Shown here: piece by piece, positions 18,806 through 27,516 of the stretch | Layout: the number at the start of each line of letters is the position of its first letter | Position numbering within the stretch: the first letter of the stretch is position 1 | Origin: an uncultured Planctomycetaceae bacterium | GTDB taxonomy: Bacteria; Planctomycetota; Planctomycetia; Planctomycetales; Planctomycetaceae | Reading direction: 5' to 3' | Length of the DNA: 64,000 bases | Assembly (NCBI GenBank): GCA_963976765.1 | Contig: CAXBME010000015.1 | Coordinates: 62,001-126,000, forward strand | The notes under the pieces: generated by a model | Seen by the model: the letters and a program-made list of their open reading frames with translations, nothing else | Database searches by the model: none | What the model was told of the DNA's origin: nothing | Translations under genes and position numbers: made by a program

Positions 18806-21805
18806 ATGATCACTCCAAACTCCGACCAGCCAAACATCACGCTGACGATCGACGGCCAGCAGGTCACCGTACCCGCCGAAACGACGATCTGGGAAGCCGC
18901 TCGCGACGCCGGCATCGACATTCCGGTGCTCTGCCATTCCGAAGGCATGAATCCGGTCGGCGTTTGCCGAATGTGTGTCGTCGATGTGGGCGAGCGGGTG
19001 CTCGCGCCGTCGTGCATGCGCGAATGCCAGCCTAACATGACAGTCGATGCGTCGTCGCTGAAAATCGAAAAGCATCGGCGGGTGCTGACCGAACTGCTAC
19101 TCAGCGAACATCCGGTACCATGTGCTCGGGAGCTGTCCTCAGGCGACTGTGAACTGGAAGCTCTCGGTCGTCAGTTCGGGCTGCTGCCGAGTAATCCCTC
19201 AAAAGCTCGTGACGGCGCAAGTGATGAGGACGCCGGCTGCGTCGGCCCTCCCGAACGATTCGCACCAGCCACCGCGACACTCGACGATCACGACGGCCGC
19301 GCCGGCTGGCGAAACTTCGATAGCAGCTCGCCGGTGATCGCCGTTGATCATCAGGCGTGCATTCTGTGCGATCGCTGCGTCCGCGCGTGCGACGACATTC
19401 AATCGAACGACGTCATCGGTCGCAGCGGCAAAGGCTTTGCTGCACAGATCGCCTTCGACCTGAACAACCCGATGGGCGACAGCACCTGCGTGTCGTGCGG
19501 CGAGTGCGTCAGTTCCTGCCCGACCGGCGCGCTGGTTCAGCAGCAGATTACTCTGCCGATCATTCCCGCCGACGAAATGACATCGGTCGACAGTGTGTGC
19601 CCTTATTGCGGAGTTGGCTGCGCGATCACCTTTCACACGGTCGACAATCAGATCGTGATGGCCGAGGGCCGCGAAAGTCCTGTCAATCACGGACGCCTGT
19701 GCGTGAAGGGGCGATACGGCTGGGACTACCCGATGCACCCTCAGCGGCTGACGAAGCCTCTGATTCGAATCGACGGTGCCTATCCCAAAGGTCCGCTTTC
19801 CAGCGAGGTCGCTCAATCCGTCAGCCGACGAGCGGGCGGAATTGTCGACTACGCCGAAGTGATGCCGGCTTTTCGGGAAGCATCGTGGGAAGAAGCTCTC
19901 GATCTGATCGGCAGGAAACTCGGCGACATCCGGGACGAACATGGCAGCAACGCGCTCGCCGGCTTTGGATCGGCCAAGTGTTCGAACGAGGAAGCCTACC
20001 TATTTCAGAAACTGGTCCGCGGCGGTTTCGGAACGAACAACGTTGACCACTGCACGCGGCTTTGCCACGCGTCGTCTGTCGCGGCTCTGATGGAAACAAT
20101 CGGCTCCGGAGCGGTCACCAACGTTTTCGCTGACGTCGAGCGATCCGACGTGTGCCTGATCACCGGCAGCAACGCCACGTCGAATCATCCCGTCGCGGCT
20201 ACATTCATAAAAGACGCTGCCAGGAAAGGCATGAAGCTGATCATGGTCGACGTGCGGCGTCATGACCTCGCCGATTTCTGCACACACTTTGCTCAGATCA
20301 ACCCCGGCACCGACGTCGCCTTTTACAACGGAATCATGCACACGCTGATCTCTGAAGATCTGGTCGACCACGAATACATCGCCGCCCACACCGAAGACTT
20401 CGAGAAACTCAGAACGCTACTACTGTCTGACTACTCACCGGAAGCCGTTTCGGAAATCTGCGGAGTTCCCGCCGACGAAATACGAGCCATCGCGCGAACA
20501 ATCGGAGGAAAAGACGAGAATCAATCGCCGAATGTTGAGCGACAAAAAGCCAACGATCCCTCACCCCTTAGCTCTCCACCGTCAGCCCTTCCTCGAATGC
20601 TCGTCTTCTGGGGGATGGGCATTTCTCAGCACACTACCGGCACAGACAACGCTCGGTGCCTGATCTCGCTGTGCCTGATGACCGGAAATGTCGGAAAGCC
20701 TGGCTCAGGTCTGCATCCACTGCGAGGTCAGAACAACGTGCAGGGTGCCAGCGACGCCGGCCTGATCCCGATGGTCTTTCCGGATTACCAGCCGGTCAGT
20801 GACGCGACGATCCGGCAGAAGTTTGAAACGGCGTGGGGAAGAACGCTCGACGATAAACCCGGCCTGACCGTCGTCGAGATCATGAAAGCGGCGCTCGCCG
20901 GATCGATCAGGGGCATGTACATCCTGGGCGAGAACCCGTTCATTTCAGATCCGAACAGCAACAAAGTCCGGAAGGCATTGTCGGCTCTCGACTTCCTGGT
21001 CGTTCAGGACATCTTCCTGACCGAGACCGCCGAGTTCGCCGACGTCATCCTGCCGGCCAGCAGCTACTTCGAAAAGTCCGGCACGTACACCAACACTGAT
21101 CGTCGCGTTCAAGTCGGTCGTCCGGTTCTGGAATCACCTGGCGAAGCTCGCGAGGATTGGCGCATCATCTGCGACATTGCTGATCGACTTGGCTTACCGA
21201 TGAATTACGAATCAGCCGCCGACGTCTTCGCCGAGTTCACATCGCTCACCAGCAGCTACGCCGGTTTGTCGCACGAGAATCTCGGACCAACCGGCAAGCT
21301 CTGGCCGTGTCCCGATCCTGAAACGGGCGACGGAGTGCAGATCCTGTTCGGCGAAGGCTTCCCCACAGCAACCGGTCGAGGCCGCTTCGTCCCCTGCCCT
21401 TACCTGCCGGCCGACGAACTTCCCGACGAGGAATACCCATTCGTTCTGACGACTGGCCGAGTGCTCGAACACTGGCACACCGGCAGCATGACTCGCCGCA
21501 GCTACGCGCTGAACTCGATCGAGCCGAACGCCTTCGCCGCCATGCACCCGTCCGACGTCGCCAGCTTAAACCTGACAGCTGGCTCCCTCATCAGCGTCAG
21601 CAGCCGCCGAGGAACCATCACCCTGGCCGTCCGCTCTGACGACTCGATCGACCCTGGCTCCGTCTTCATCCCGTTCCACTTCCGGGAAGCCGCCGCCAAC
21701 ATCCTCACCACCGACGCCCTGGACCCCTATGGCAAGATCCCCGAATTCAAATACTGCGCGGTCAAAGTTGAATGGGCTTCTGAATCCGCTGCGAACATTT
21801 CGTAG
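18806..21805 (+). CDS. fdhF: Formate dehydrogenase alpha subunit (Mo/W-bis-PGD, Cys ligand) with NuoG-like Fe-S N-terminus
   Basis: CILCDRCVRAC, CVSCGECVSSCP, CPYCGVGC, DHCTRLCHASS, LRGQNNVQG and a C-terminal domain IV ending IPEFKYCAV. Confidence 0.95.
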   Translation: MITPNSDQPNITLTIDGQQVTVPAETTIWEAARDAGIDIPVLCHSEGMNPVGVCRMCVVDVGERVLAPSCMRECQPNMTVDASSLKIEKHRRVLTELLLSEHPVPCARELSSGDCELEALGRQFGLLPSNPSKARDGASDEDAGCVGPPERFAPATATLDDHDGRAGWRNFDSSSPVIAVDHQACILCDRCVRACDDIQSNDVIGRSGKGFAAQIAFDLNNPMGDSTCVSCGECVSSCPTGALVQQQITLPIIPADEMTSVDSVCPYCGVGCAITFHTVDNQIVMAEGRESPVNHGRLCVKGRYGWDYPMHPQRLTKPLIRIDGAYPKGPLSSEVAQSVSRRAGGIVDYAEVMPAFREASWEEALDLIGRKLGDIRDEHGSNALAGFGSAKCSNEEAYLFQKLVRGGFGTNNVDHCTRLCHASSVAALMETIGSGAVTNVFADVERSDVCLITGSNATSNHPVAATFIKDAARKGMKLIMVDVRRHDLADFCTHFAQINPGTDVAFYNGIMHTLISEDLVDHEYIAAHTEDFEKLRTLLLSDYSPEAVSEICGVPADEIRAIARTIGGKDENQSPNVERQKANDPSPLSSPPSALPRMLVFWGMGISQHTTGTDNARCLISLCLMTGNVGKPGSGLHPLRGQNNVQGASDAGLIPMVFPDYQPVSDATIRQKFETAWGRTLDDKPGLTVVEIMKAALAGSIRGMYILGENPFISDPNSNKVRKALSALDFLVVQDIFLTETAEFADVILPASSYFEKSGTYTNTDRRVQVGRPVLESPGEAREDWRIICDIADRLGLPMNYESAADVFAEFTSLTSSYAGLSHENLGPTGKLWPCPDPETGDGVQILFGEGFPTATGRGRFVPCPYLPADELPDEEYPFVLTTGRVLEHWHTGSMTRRSYALNSIEPNAFAAMHPSDVASLNLTAGSLISVSSRRGTITLAVRSDDSIDPGSVFIPFHFREAAANILTTDALDPYGKIPEFKYCAVKVEWASESAANIS

Positions 21806-21823
21806 GGTGCGTCTCGACGCACC
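21802..21823 (+). repeat. REP family A; its GTAG supplies the fdhF stop codon
   Basis: GTAGGGTGCGTCTCGACGCACC; TAG 21803-21805 ends the CDS. Confidence 0.8.
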
Positions 21824-21949
21824 ATTGAATTTGTCCCGACTGAATCTGGTGCGTGATCCCCACTGAAAATTTATTCTTTCGGGTGACACAGCCTGCTCGC
21901 AATCTGTTTCGCGCAGCGACAAGAGAAACAATCACCACGCAACCAGCCC

Positions 21950-22066
21950 AACCTCTCGCGGCTTCGCCACCCCGGTTGCAAGCAACCGCTGCCACCCGCG
22001 TTTCCAGAGTTGTAGGCTGGGACTCGTCCCGGCTTTGAGGAATTCTCGGACAAGTTCCCAGCCTAC
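21950..22066. repeat. Cluster of REP-like remnants
   Basis: The reverse complement of about 21950-21998 (GGGTGGCAGCGGTTGCTTGCAACCGGGGTGGCGAAGCCGCGAGAG) resembles 48503-48548. It is followed by the inverted pair GTAGGCTGGGAC...TTCCCAGCCTAC at 22012-22066. Confidence 0.65.
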
Positions 22067-22404
22067 GTCACTGCTCGCCGGACGCGACGCCTGACTCTGA
22101 AATCTCCGGCGCAGAGTGGCTACGGGGAACTCGCGTGGGTGAGGGATGCCCCATTCGATTCCGCTGACGAATCAGGAGACCTATGCACGAGAGGCATTCA
22201 GCAAAAAGTTGTGAGTTCAAAGATGTGCTGCGAGCGAACTTAGTGATGCTCCGGCCATCCCCAGTTATGTCACCCGATGCCTCATTCCGGACTGATCCCT
22301 TTACTGGTGTCTCATGCTGGATAGTTCGGGTGCTCAGCTGTACGGTTTCAACTTCTCTGACAGTTTTCGGTCGAGTGTCTAATTCGTTGTTCGGAATACT
22401 CCAG

Positions 22405-24096
22405 ATGCGCATCAAGTCGGTTGAGCCTCGCCATTTTGGCCCGTTCACTAAGGGGCAAGTTATAGAACTCGACGAATCTGTCACTGTCCTGACTGGCGCG
22501 AATGACGTCGGGAAGTCGGCGTTATTGCGGCTCATTCAACGATTCTGTGAAAAGACTCCAGCCGAGGAGTCCGACGTCAATCGCCAACGGCTTTTTGATT
22601 TTTCTGGTGATTGGAAACAAGACCCGGAGATCGGTGCAGTATTCAAGATCTCTCTCGGAGAGGGTGACAATCCGGCGGCATGGTTCGTAACTCCGCGAGA
22701 TCTCAGGGGGGGTACGGTAGAAGTTCAAGTGAAAATGCAGCCGGAAGGTGGCGGAAGAAATATAAAAGGTGCCGCTGGTGGCCAGGTAACGCATAGCAAG
22801 CCAAGCGGTACCATGAACAATACGCCCCATGCGATCGTATTGCCGCAGGACAAATTGGGGATCCGAGACATTATCCCTATCGATGGGCAAAATGACGTCG
22901 AAAACCAGTTCCTAAAAGCTGCCTTCGGCGAAGTTACAAGGGAAAAGTTGGAAGCGATGAATCCGCTCAACTTTAGCTCTTATGTGAACGAAGCGGGTGA
23001 CCGAATCAGCGATAAAGCTCGGGATATTTTGCCTGTGGAACTTGGGTATGCGTTTCGCTTCTCCAGTCTAGACGGGAAGCGAGATCAGATTGCAGTTGAA
23101 ATTTTGGATGCCAATCGCGGTTACACGCCGATCGGTTACCGTGGAACTGGAGCAAGGAAGCTCTTAACCCTACTCGGCATACTGACCTCAACTGGCCTGG
23201 ACTCCGGCAACCATGTCGTCCTGTTTGACGAGCCGGAAAATTCGCTTCACGCCGATGCGCAACGACGTCTGCGGACTATCCTTGAGGCCGTTGGGGCAAA
23301 AGAAAACGTTCAAGTGGTCTACTCGACCCATTCGCCGGTCATGATGAACCCACTCTATCCGAGCAGGACTAGAGTGCTTGTTCGCGATTCAGTCGACGGT
23401 GTGGCAACAACGAAGGTCTCGACACCTGCGACTGACGGAAACTATCTCAAAGTTCGTACAACGCTTGGGATGTTGCCATCGGACTCGCTGTTGTTCGCTG
23501 ATGTCGCAGTGATCGTTGAGGGTGATTCCGAATGCAGAGCAATCCCGATACTGTTGTTGCGACTTAGCGCAGACGGGAAAGAAGGATTCGAGGATGTCGA
23601 AAGACTGCTCGCGAACTGCCATTTTGTGAACGGTGGCGGTGATTCGTTCGACAAGCTGGCGAGAGTCGCAACGTCTCAGGGTTCATCGCCCATCATATTT
23701 CTCGATGGAGATAAACAACGACGTTCTCGGAATCTGCCAAATACTGAAGCGTTAAACGGTGTACCTGTGGTGGAACTGTCGGAAGGTCTTGAACTGGAAG
23801 ATATTGTGCCACGAGAAGATTATCTACGTGCTGTTGCCGAGACGCACGAGCTCGACACAGAGAAAATCACACCTGATGCTTTCGCGAAATGGAAAACGGA
23901 TACGGAATTACCGAGTTACTTCGCTCAGAAAATGTTCACAAAGCAGATCGACGATTGGCTCGTTGCTGAATTCCAATCCTATCTGAGTAAGCCCAAAGCT
24001 ATGGAACAAGCTGCCCGCGTCGTCGATCTGTCGAAAGTTAGCGAGATCGCCGCTTTCCACAATTTGTTGCTCGAAGTTGCCAAGGCTGGAAGGTAA
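22405..24096 (+). CDS. OLD-family ATP-dependent nuclease (ABC ATPase + TOPRIM), putative defence protein
   Basis: Walker A GANDVGKS, Walker B/D-loop LFDEPENSLH, H-loop STHSP, TOPRIM VIVEGDSE and DxD (LDGD), then ELED. The family-like N-terminus MRIKSV starts at 22405; an upstream in-frame ATG at 22183 has an AGGAG. Confidence 0.88.
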   Translation: MRIKSVEPRHFGPFTKGQVIELDESVTVLTGANDVGKSALLRLIQRFCEKTPAEESDVNRQRLFDFSGDWKQDPEIGAVFKISLGEGDNPAAWFVTPRDLRGGTVEVQVKMQPEGGGRNIKGAAGGQVTHSKPSGTMNNTPHAIVLPQDKLGIRDIIPIDGQNDVENQFLKAAFGEVTREKLEAMNPLNFSSYVNEAGDRISDKARDILPVELGYAFRFSSLDGKRDQIAVEILDANRGYTPIGYRGTGARKLLTLLGILTSTGLDSGNHVVLFDEPENSLHADAQRRLRTILEAVGAKENVQVVYSTHSPVMMNPLYPSRTRVLVRDSVDGVATTKVSTPATDGNYLKVRTTLGMLPSDSLLFADVAVIVEGDSECRAIPILLLRLSADGKEGFEDVERLLANCHFVNGGGDSFDKLARVATSQGSSPIIFLDGDKQRRSRNLPNTEALNGVPVVELSEGLELEDIVPREDYLRAVAETHELDTEKITPDAFAKWKTDTELPSYFAQKMFTKQIDDWLVAEFQSYLSKPKAMEQAARVVDLSKVSEIAAFHNLLLEVAKAGR

Positions 24097-24253
24097 TCCA
24101 TTGCGGCAACTGTGGTTCTCCGGTTGCTGTCGGAACGAGGTGGAACAGACAATCGTCTTTAGATTGACTGGGGGTGTCAGCACAAGAAGTTTTGCTTGCA
24201 ATGGCAGTGATGCCGGGACCGTCAGACTGCCTGGTTGGAAGCCGTTGATCGCG

Positions 24254-24471
24254 TCAGCGTCAGCTGCCGCCGAGGAACCATCAGTCTGGTCGTGCGCTCC
24301 GACGATTTCATCGAACCGGGCTGCGTCTTCACCCCGTTCCATTTCCGAGAAGCCGCCGCCAACATCCTCACCACCGACGCGTTAGACCCCTACGGCAAAA
24401 TTCCCGAATTCAAATACTGCGCCGTCAAAGTCGAAAAAGCATCGCCCCCACAGGAAGCCGTGCGGGATTAA
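24254..24471 (+). pseudogene. Orphan duplicate of the fdhF 3' end
   Basis: 24254-24435 aligns without gaps to 21591-21772, with 23 mismatches in 182 nt by my count. It encodes FHFREAAANILTTDALDPYGKIPEFKYCAVKVE. Confidence 0.9.
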
Positions 24472-26546
24472 TTGGCAGCGGTCGGGGCTTCTTCTTCGGA
24501 TTCAGCGTCGCTGGTTGCGGGAGCGTCTTCGGCGGGGGCCGGTTCGGAAGAAGAAGGCTCAGAGGAGGAAGGTTCGGCGGGAGCGGCGGTTTCACGGACT
24601 TCGGAAGTTGCCGTCGTTTCAGCAGGCATTGGAGTCGCTTCGGTCGAGACTCCTGCCCCGGCATTGAGCCCTGTCGCTGGCGTGACTTCTGGCTTGCCTG
24701 TTGCTTCGGTCGGGGCAGGCGTCGGGACTGCGGTCGATTCGCTCTTCTCAGAAGCTGCGGTGTCAGTCGGCTCCGACGAGGTTGCGGAACTGGCTTCCTC
24801 AGGTTTCGGAGGTGCGGCGGGTATCGTCGCGTCGTCTGTTTTTACTTCGGTGTCCGCCGCTGGCGATTCTTTTGGTGGATCGAGTTTCGCGATGACGATG
24901 CTTTCCCGAAGGTTCTTACCAACGTCCAGGCGGATGGTTTCGTTGGCCTGCTGCATGAGCAGGAAGTCATTGCCGATGCTCAGCACGACGGCGTTGAAAC
25001 CGGCATATTTCAGATCGTCGCCTTCGTGCAGAACCATTCTTGTGTTGGTCGATTTGTCGCGGAGCCAGGCTTCCGGAACAGAGTCCGCAGCGACAACGCC
25101 TTCCATGAAGGTAAACTGAGCTTTGTCATCCTGAACCGTCACCTTGATCGATCCGGTGGCTGTTTGAGCCGGAGTGCCGGCATCGGTCACGGTGACATTG
25201 ATGGTAACTTCGCCCGGTTCGCCGGTGGCTGGCGGCGTGAATGTCAGCTCTCTGGTTTCAGCGTTAAAAGTCGCTCCCGCAGGAGCACCGTCGGCAAGCG
25301 CGAACTTGAGTTCTTCGACAGGAGTTTCCGGGTCCGTTGCTGCGAGTGTTGTCGTGATGGCCTGACCGAGTGTGGCGACCAGATTCTCTGGTAAGGTGAT
25401 AACCGGCGGCTTGTTGACGTCCGTAAGGCTTAGCTTGAACTCATCTTCAATCGGTTCACGGAGCCCTCCACCGGCAGCGCGAACTTTGACGGTAAAATCT
25501 CCAGCGGCGAGTTCGGCAGGCGGTTCCCAGTTCAGCGTTCCTGCTTCAAAGGTCATGCCGTCTGTCAGTTCAGACAGGACTTCGAAGGCAACTTTTTTAT
25601 CGCTGGGGTCGGCACCAGTAACTTTTGCGGAAAGCGACAACTTCCCGCCGCGCCCGACGCTCTTTGAACCAATCAGGTCCAGACGTGGTCGATAAGGAGC
25701 CGGCTTGGCGAAAGGATTCTTCTTGATCAGCGTGTCGTACTCGGTGATCACGACGTCTTTGAAATCGGCATGTACGACCGACAGTTCGACGATGTCTTCC
25801 TCAGCCGCTTCTACTTCCTGACCTTCTTCCAGTTCAAGCAGCAGCTCTTTGCCATCAATATCGGCGACACTGTAATAGTTCTGGCCGATCCGCAATTCGA
25901 ATGGTGCGGCATCGGGGAATCCTTCGACTGAAGTCAGCTCGATTTTTGTCGGGCCGTCGCCGTCGCTGACAGACGCAATTGCCGAGCGAGGAAACAATGT
26001 TGGTCCTTTTTCCGGAGCGTCACGCAGCGCGATGGCTTCTGTCGTGATGCGAATGGTCAATCGCGGCCGCGATGAATTGTCCTGAGCTTCAGCGACCATG
26101 CTGGTAATTCGGTGCAGCACGTTGGCCCGATGAAAACGATAGAGGAATGTGCGTAATTGCTCGATCGTGCCTTCGCCGGTAACTCGCAGTCGAACCGCGA
26201 CGTAGCTGTTGTCTCGCGATGGAGAGATTCGTTCCGGAGTGACTTCGGGGGCTTTGAATTCCGCAACGATTTCCGCGAGGTCAGTCAGCCACTGCTGATA
26301 AGCCAGCGCGCCTTGAGCGGCATTCGATGACAGGCTTTGCTCTTTGAACTGAGCCATCGACTTAACATTGGCGAGTGCAATATCAAACTGCCCTTTGGCC
26401 TTATCAAGTTTTTCAGTGGCCAGTCGCAGCGCAGTTTCCTGCTGGGCAACCGGGCCACGGAAGGCCTGCCAGATCCACGGCACGACGACAAATGCTCCGA
26501 CGCTAACCAGAAGCACCAGGCCCAGCAGTTTTTCGCTTCGTTTCAT
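24468..26546 (-). CDS. Membrane-anchored PilO/GspM-like + Ig/cadherin-like repeats + PilP/GspC-like protein
   Basis: N-terminal TM and coiled coil; VRLRVTGEGTIEQLRTFL (PilO-like); NKPPVI...ATDPE...FTP...VTVTD (cadherin/Ig-like); AWLRD...LHEGD (HR-like); A/E/P/T-rich tail. Confidence 0.65.
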   Translation of the reverse strand: MKRSEKLLGLVLLVSVGAFVVVPWIWQAFRGPVAQQETALRLATEKLDKAKGQFDIALANVKSMAQFKEQSLSSNAAQGALAYQQWLTDLAEIVAEFKAPEVTPERISPSRDNSYVAVRLRVTGEGTIEQLRTFLYRFHRANVLHRITSMVAEAQDNSSRPRLTIRITTEAIALRDAPEKGPTLFPRSAIASVSDGDGPTKIELTSVEGFPDAAPFELRIGQNYYSVADIDGKELLLELEEGQEVEAAEEDIVELSVVHADFKDVVITEYDTLIKKNPFAKPAPYRPRLDLIGSKSVGRGGKLSLSAKVTGADPSDKKVAFEVLSELTDGMTFEAGTLNWEPPAELAAGDFTVKVRAAGGGLREPIEDEFKLSLTDVNKPPVITLPENLVATLGQAITTTLAATDPETPVEELKFALADGAPAGATFNAETRELTFTPPATGEPGEVTINVTVTDAGTPAQTATGSIKVTVQDDKAQFTFMEGVVAADSVPEAWLRDKSTNTRMVLHEGDDLKYAGFNAVVLSIGNDFLLMQQANETIRLDVGKNLRESIVIAKLDPPKESPAADTEVKTDDATIPAAPPKPEEASSATSSEPTDTAASEKSESTAVPTPAPTEATGKPEVTPATGLNAGAGVSTEATPMPAETTATSEVRETAAPAEPSSSEPSSSEPAPAEDAPATSDAESEEEAPTAAN

Positions 26547-27516
26547 GTATCACGTCTCTGTCGCGAAGGACGGGTGACGATGTAGTTGCCGTCTGCCTGA
26601 ATGTCCGAAGTTTACCGACGATCGAGCCTGCGTCATTCGTCATTTTTTCTGATCAATAATCGAGGTCAGCTCTGGCAGAGTGGGCACTGACCACCAATCA
26701 CGTGAAGCCGTGGTCGGTAGCCCCCCGGCTGATCGAAAGTTCGATACGAAATGCCATTCGGACGCCACGATCGTCAGCCAACTCTGAACATGTCAATCAT
26801 AGCGTCAGAATCACGCAGCGTCTGAATCAGATCGTCGCTGGTCGGGCTCCCGCAGCACAACGACAAAACTCCATCCATAACAAGGATTTAGCGGTCCATC
26901 AGCGGGGAACGCGTGTTTGATTACTCACGAGCAAATTCCGCGGGATCTGCCAGAGAGTCATCGGTCGAGCCCCAGAAGGAAGATCTGAGTCCTGAGTTCT
27001 GAATCCACTGTCTGCAAACGAGTTCAGCGTGTGGAATCAATTCTGGAAGTACAGATCCGCTTTGAGAGGGAAATGTGCCGGCAACGAAGCCAGCATAAGG
27101 CCATACAACCCGGATTTAACAGCCTCAATGGTTGAAAAACGAGTCTCGTAAGGAAGGTTGCATGGACGTACCGGTTTGTCACTTGTGACGACCGAAGTGA
27201 CTGAGGCCAGTTGATGTCAGAGTCGTTGAACGTGCGAACGCGGGATTCGAAACTGTCGACAACAGGTCTGGGTAGTGCTCGACAGGACGGTCTGGCACTG
27301 CGTTCTGATCGTGGCGGTCTGGCAGCCGTGGATGGTTACAGGTCGTCCGGCAGAAGAGATTGAACGAGTCGTCAGCAACGAGCTGACGCTTGTTGCTGTT
27401 GCCGCAGAAACGGAGCTAGCATGACATCGTTATGCGACATTCCAGTTCAAAGCATGATTCCTGACCGGTTTCTGATCGGGCAGCGTTTGTCTTCGAATGA
27501 AACTCAGGGCATCCTG

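Noticed and set aside
20040..20075. Selenocysteine in FDH alpha
   Set aside because: The metal ligand codon is TGC (Cys) and there is no in-frame TGA.
22405..24096. Gabija, retron or PARIS system call
   Set aside because: No UvrD helicase, reverse transcriptase or second gene is adjacent, so only the OLD family call is supported.
24235..24471. 78-aa ORF as an independent functional gene
   Set aside because: It is a fragment of FDH domain IV with a weak TTG start and non-homologous first codons; treated as a displaced gene end.
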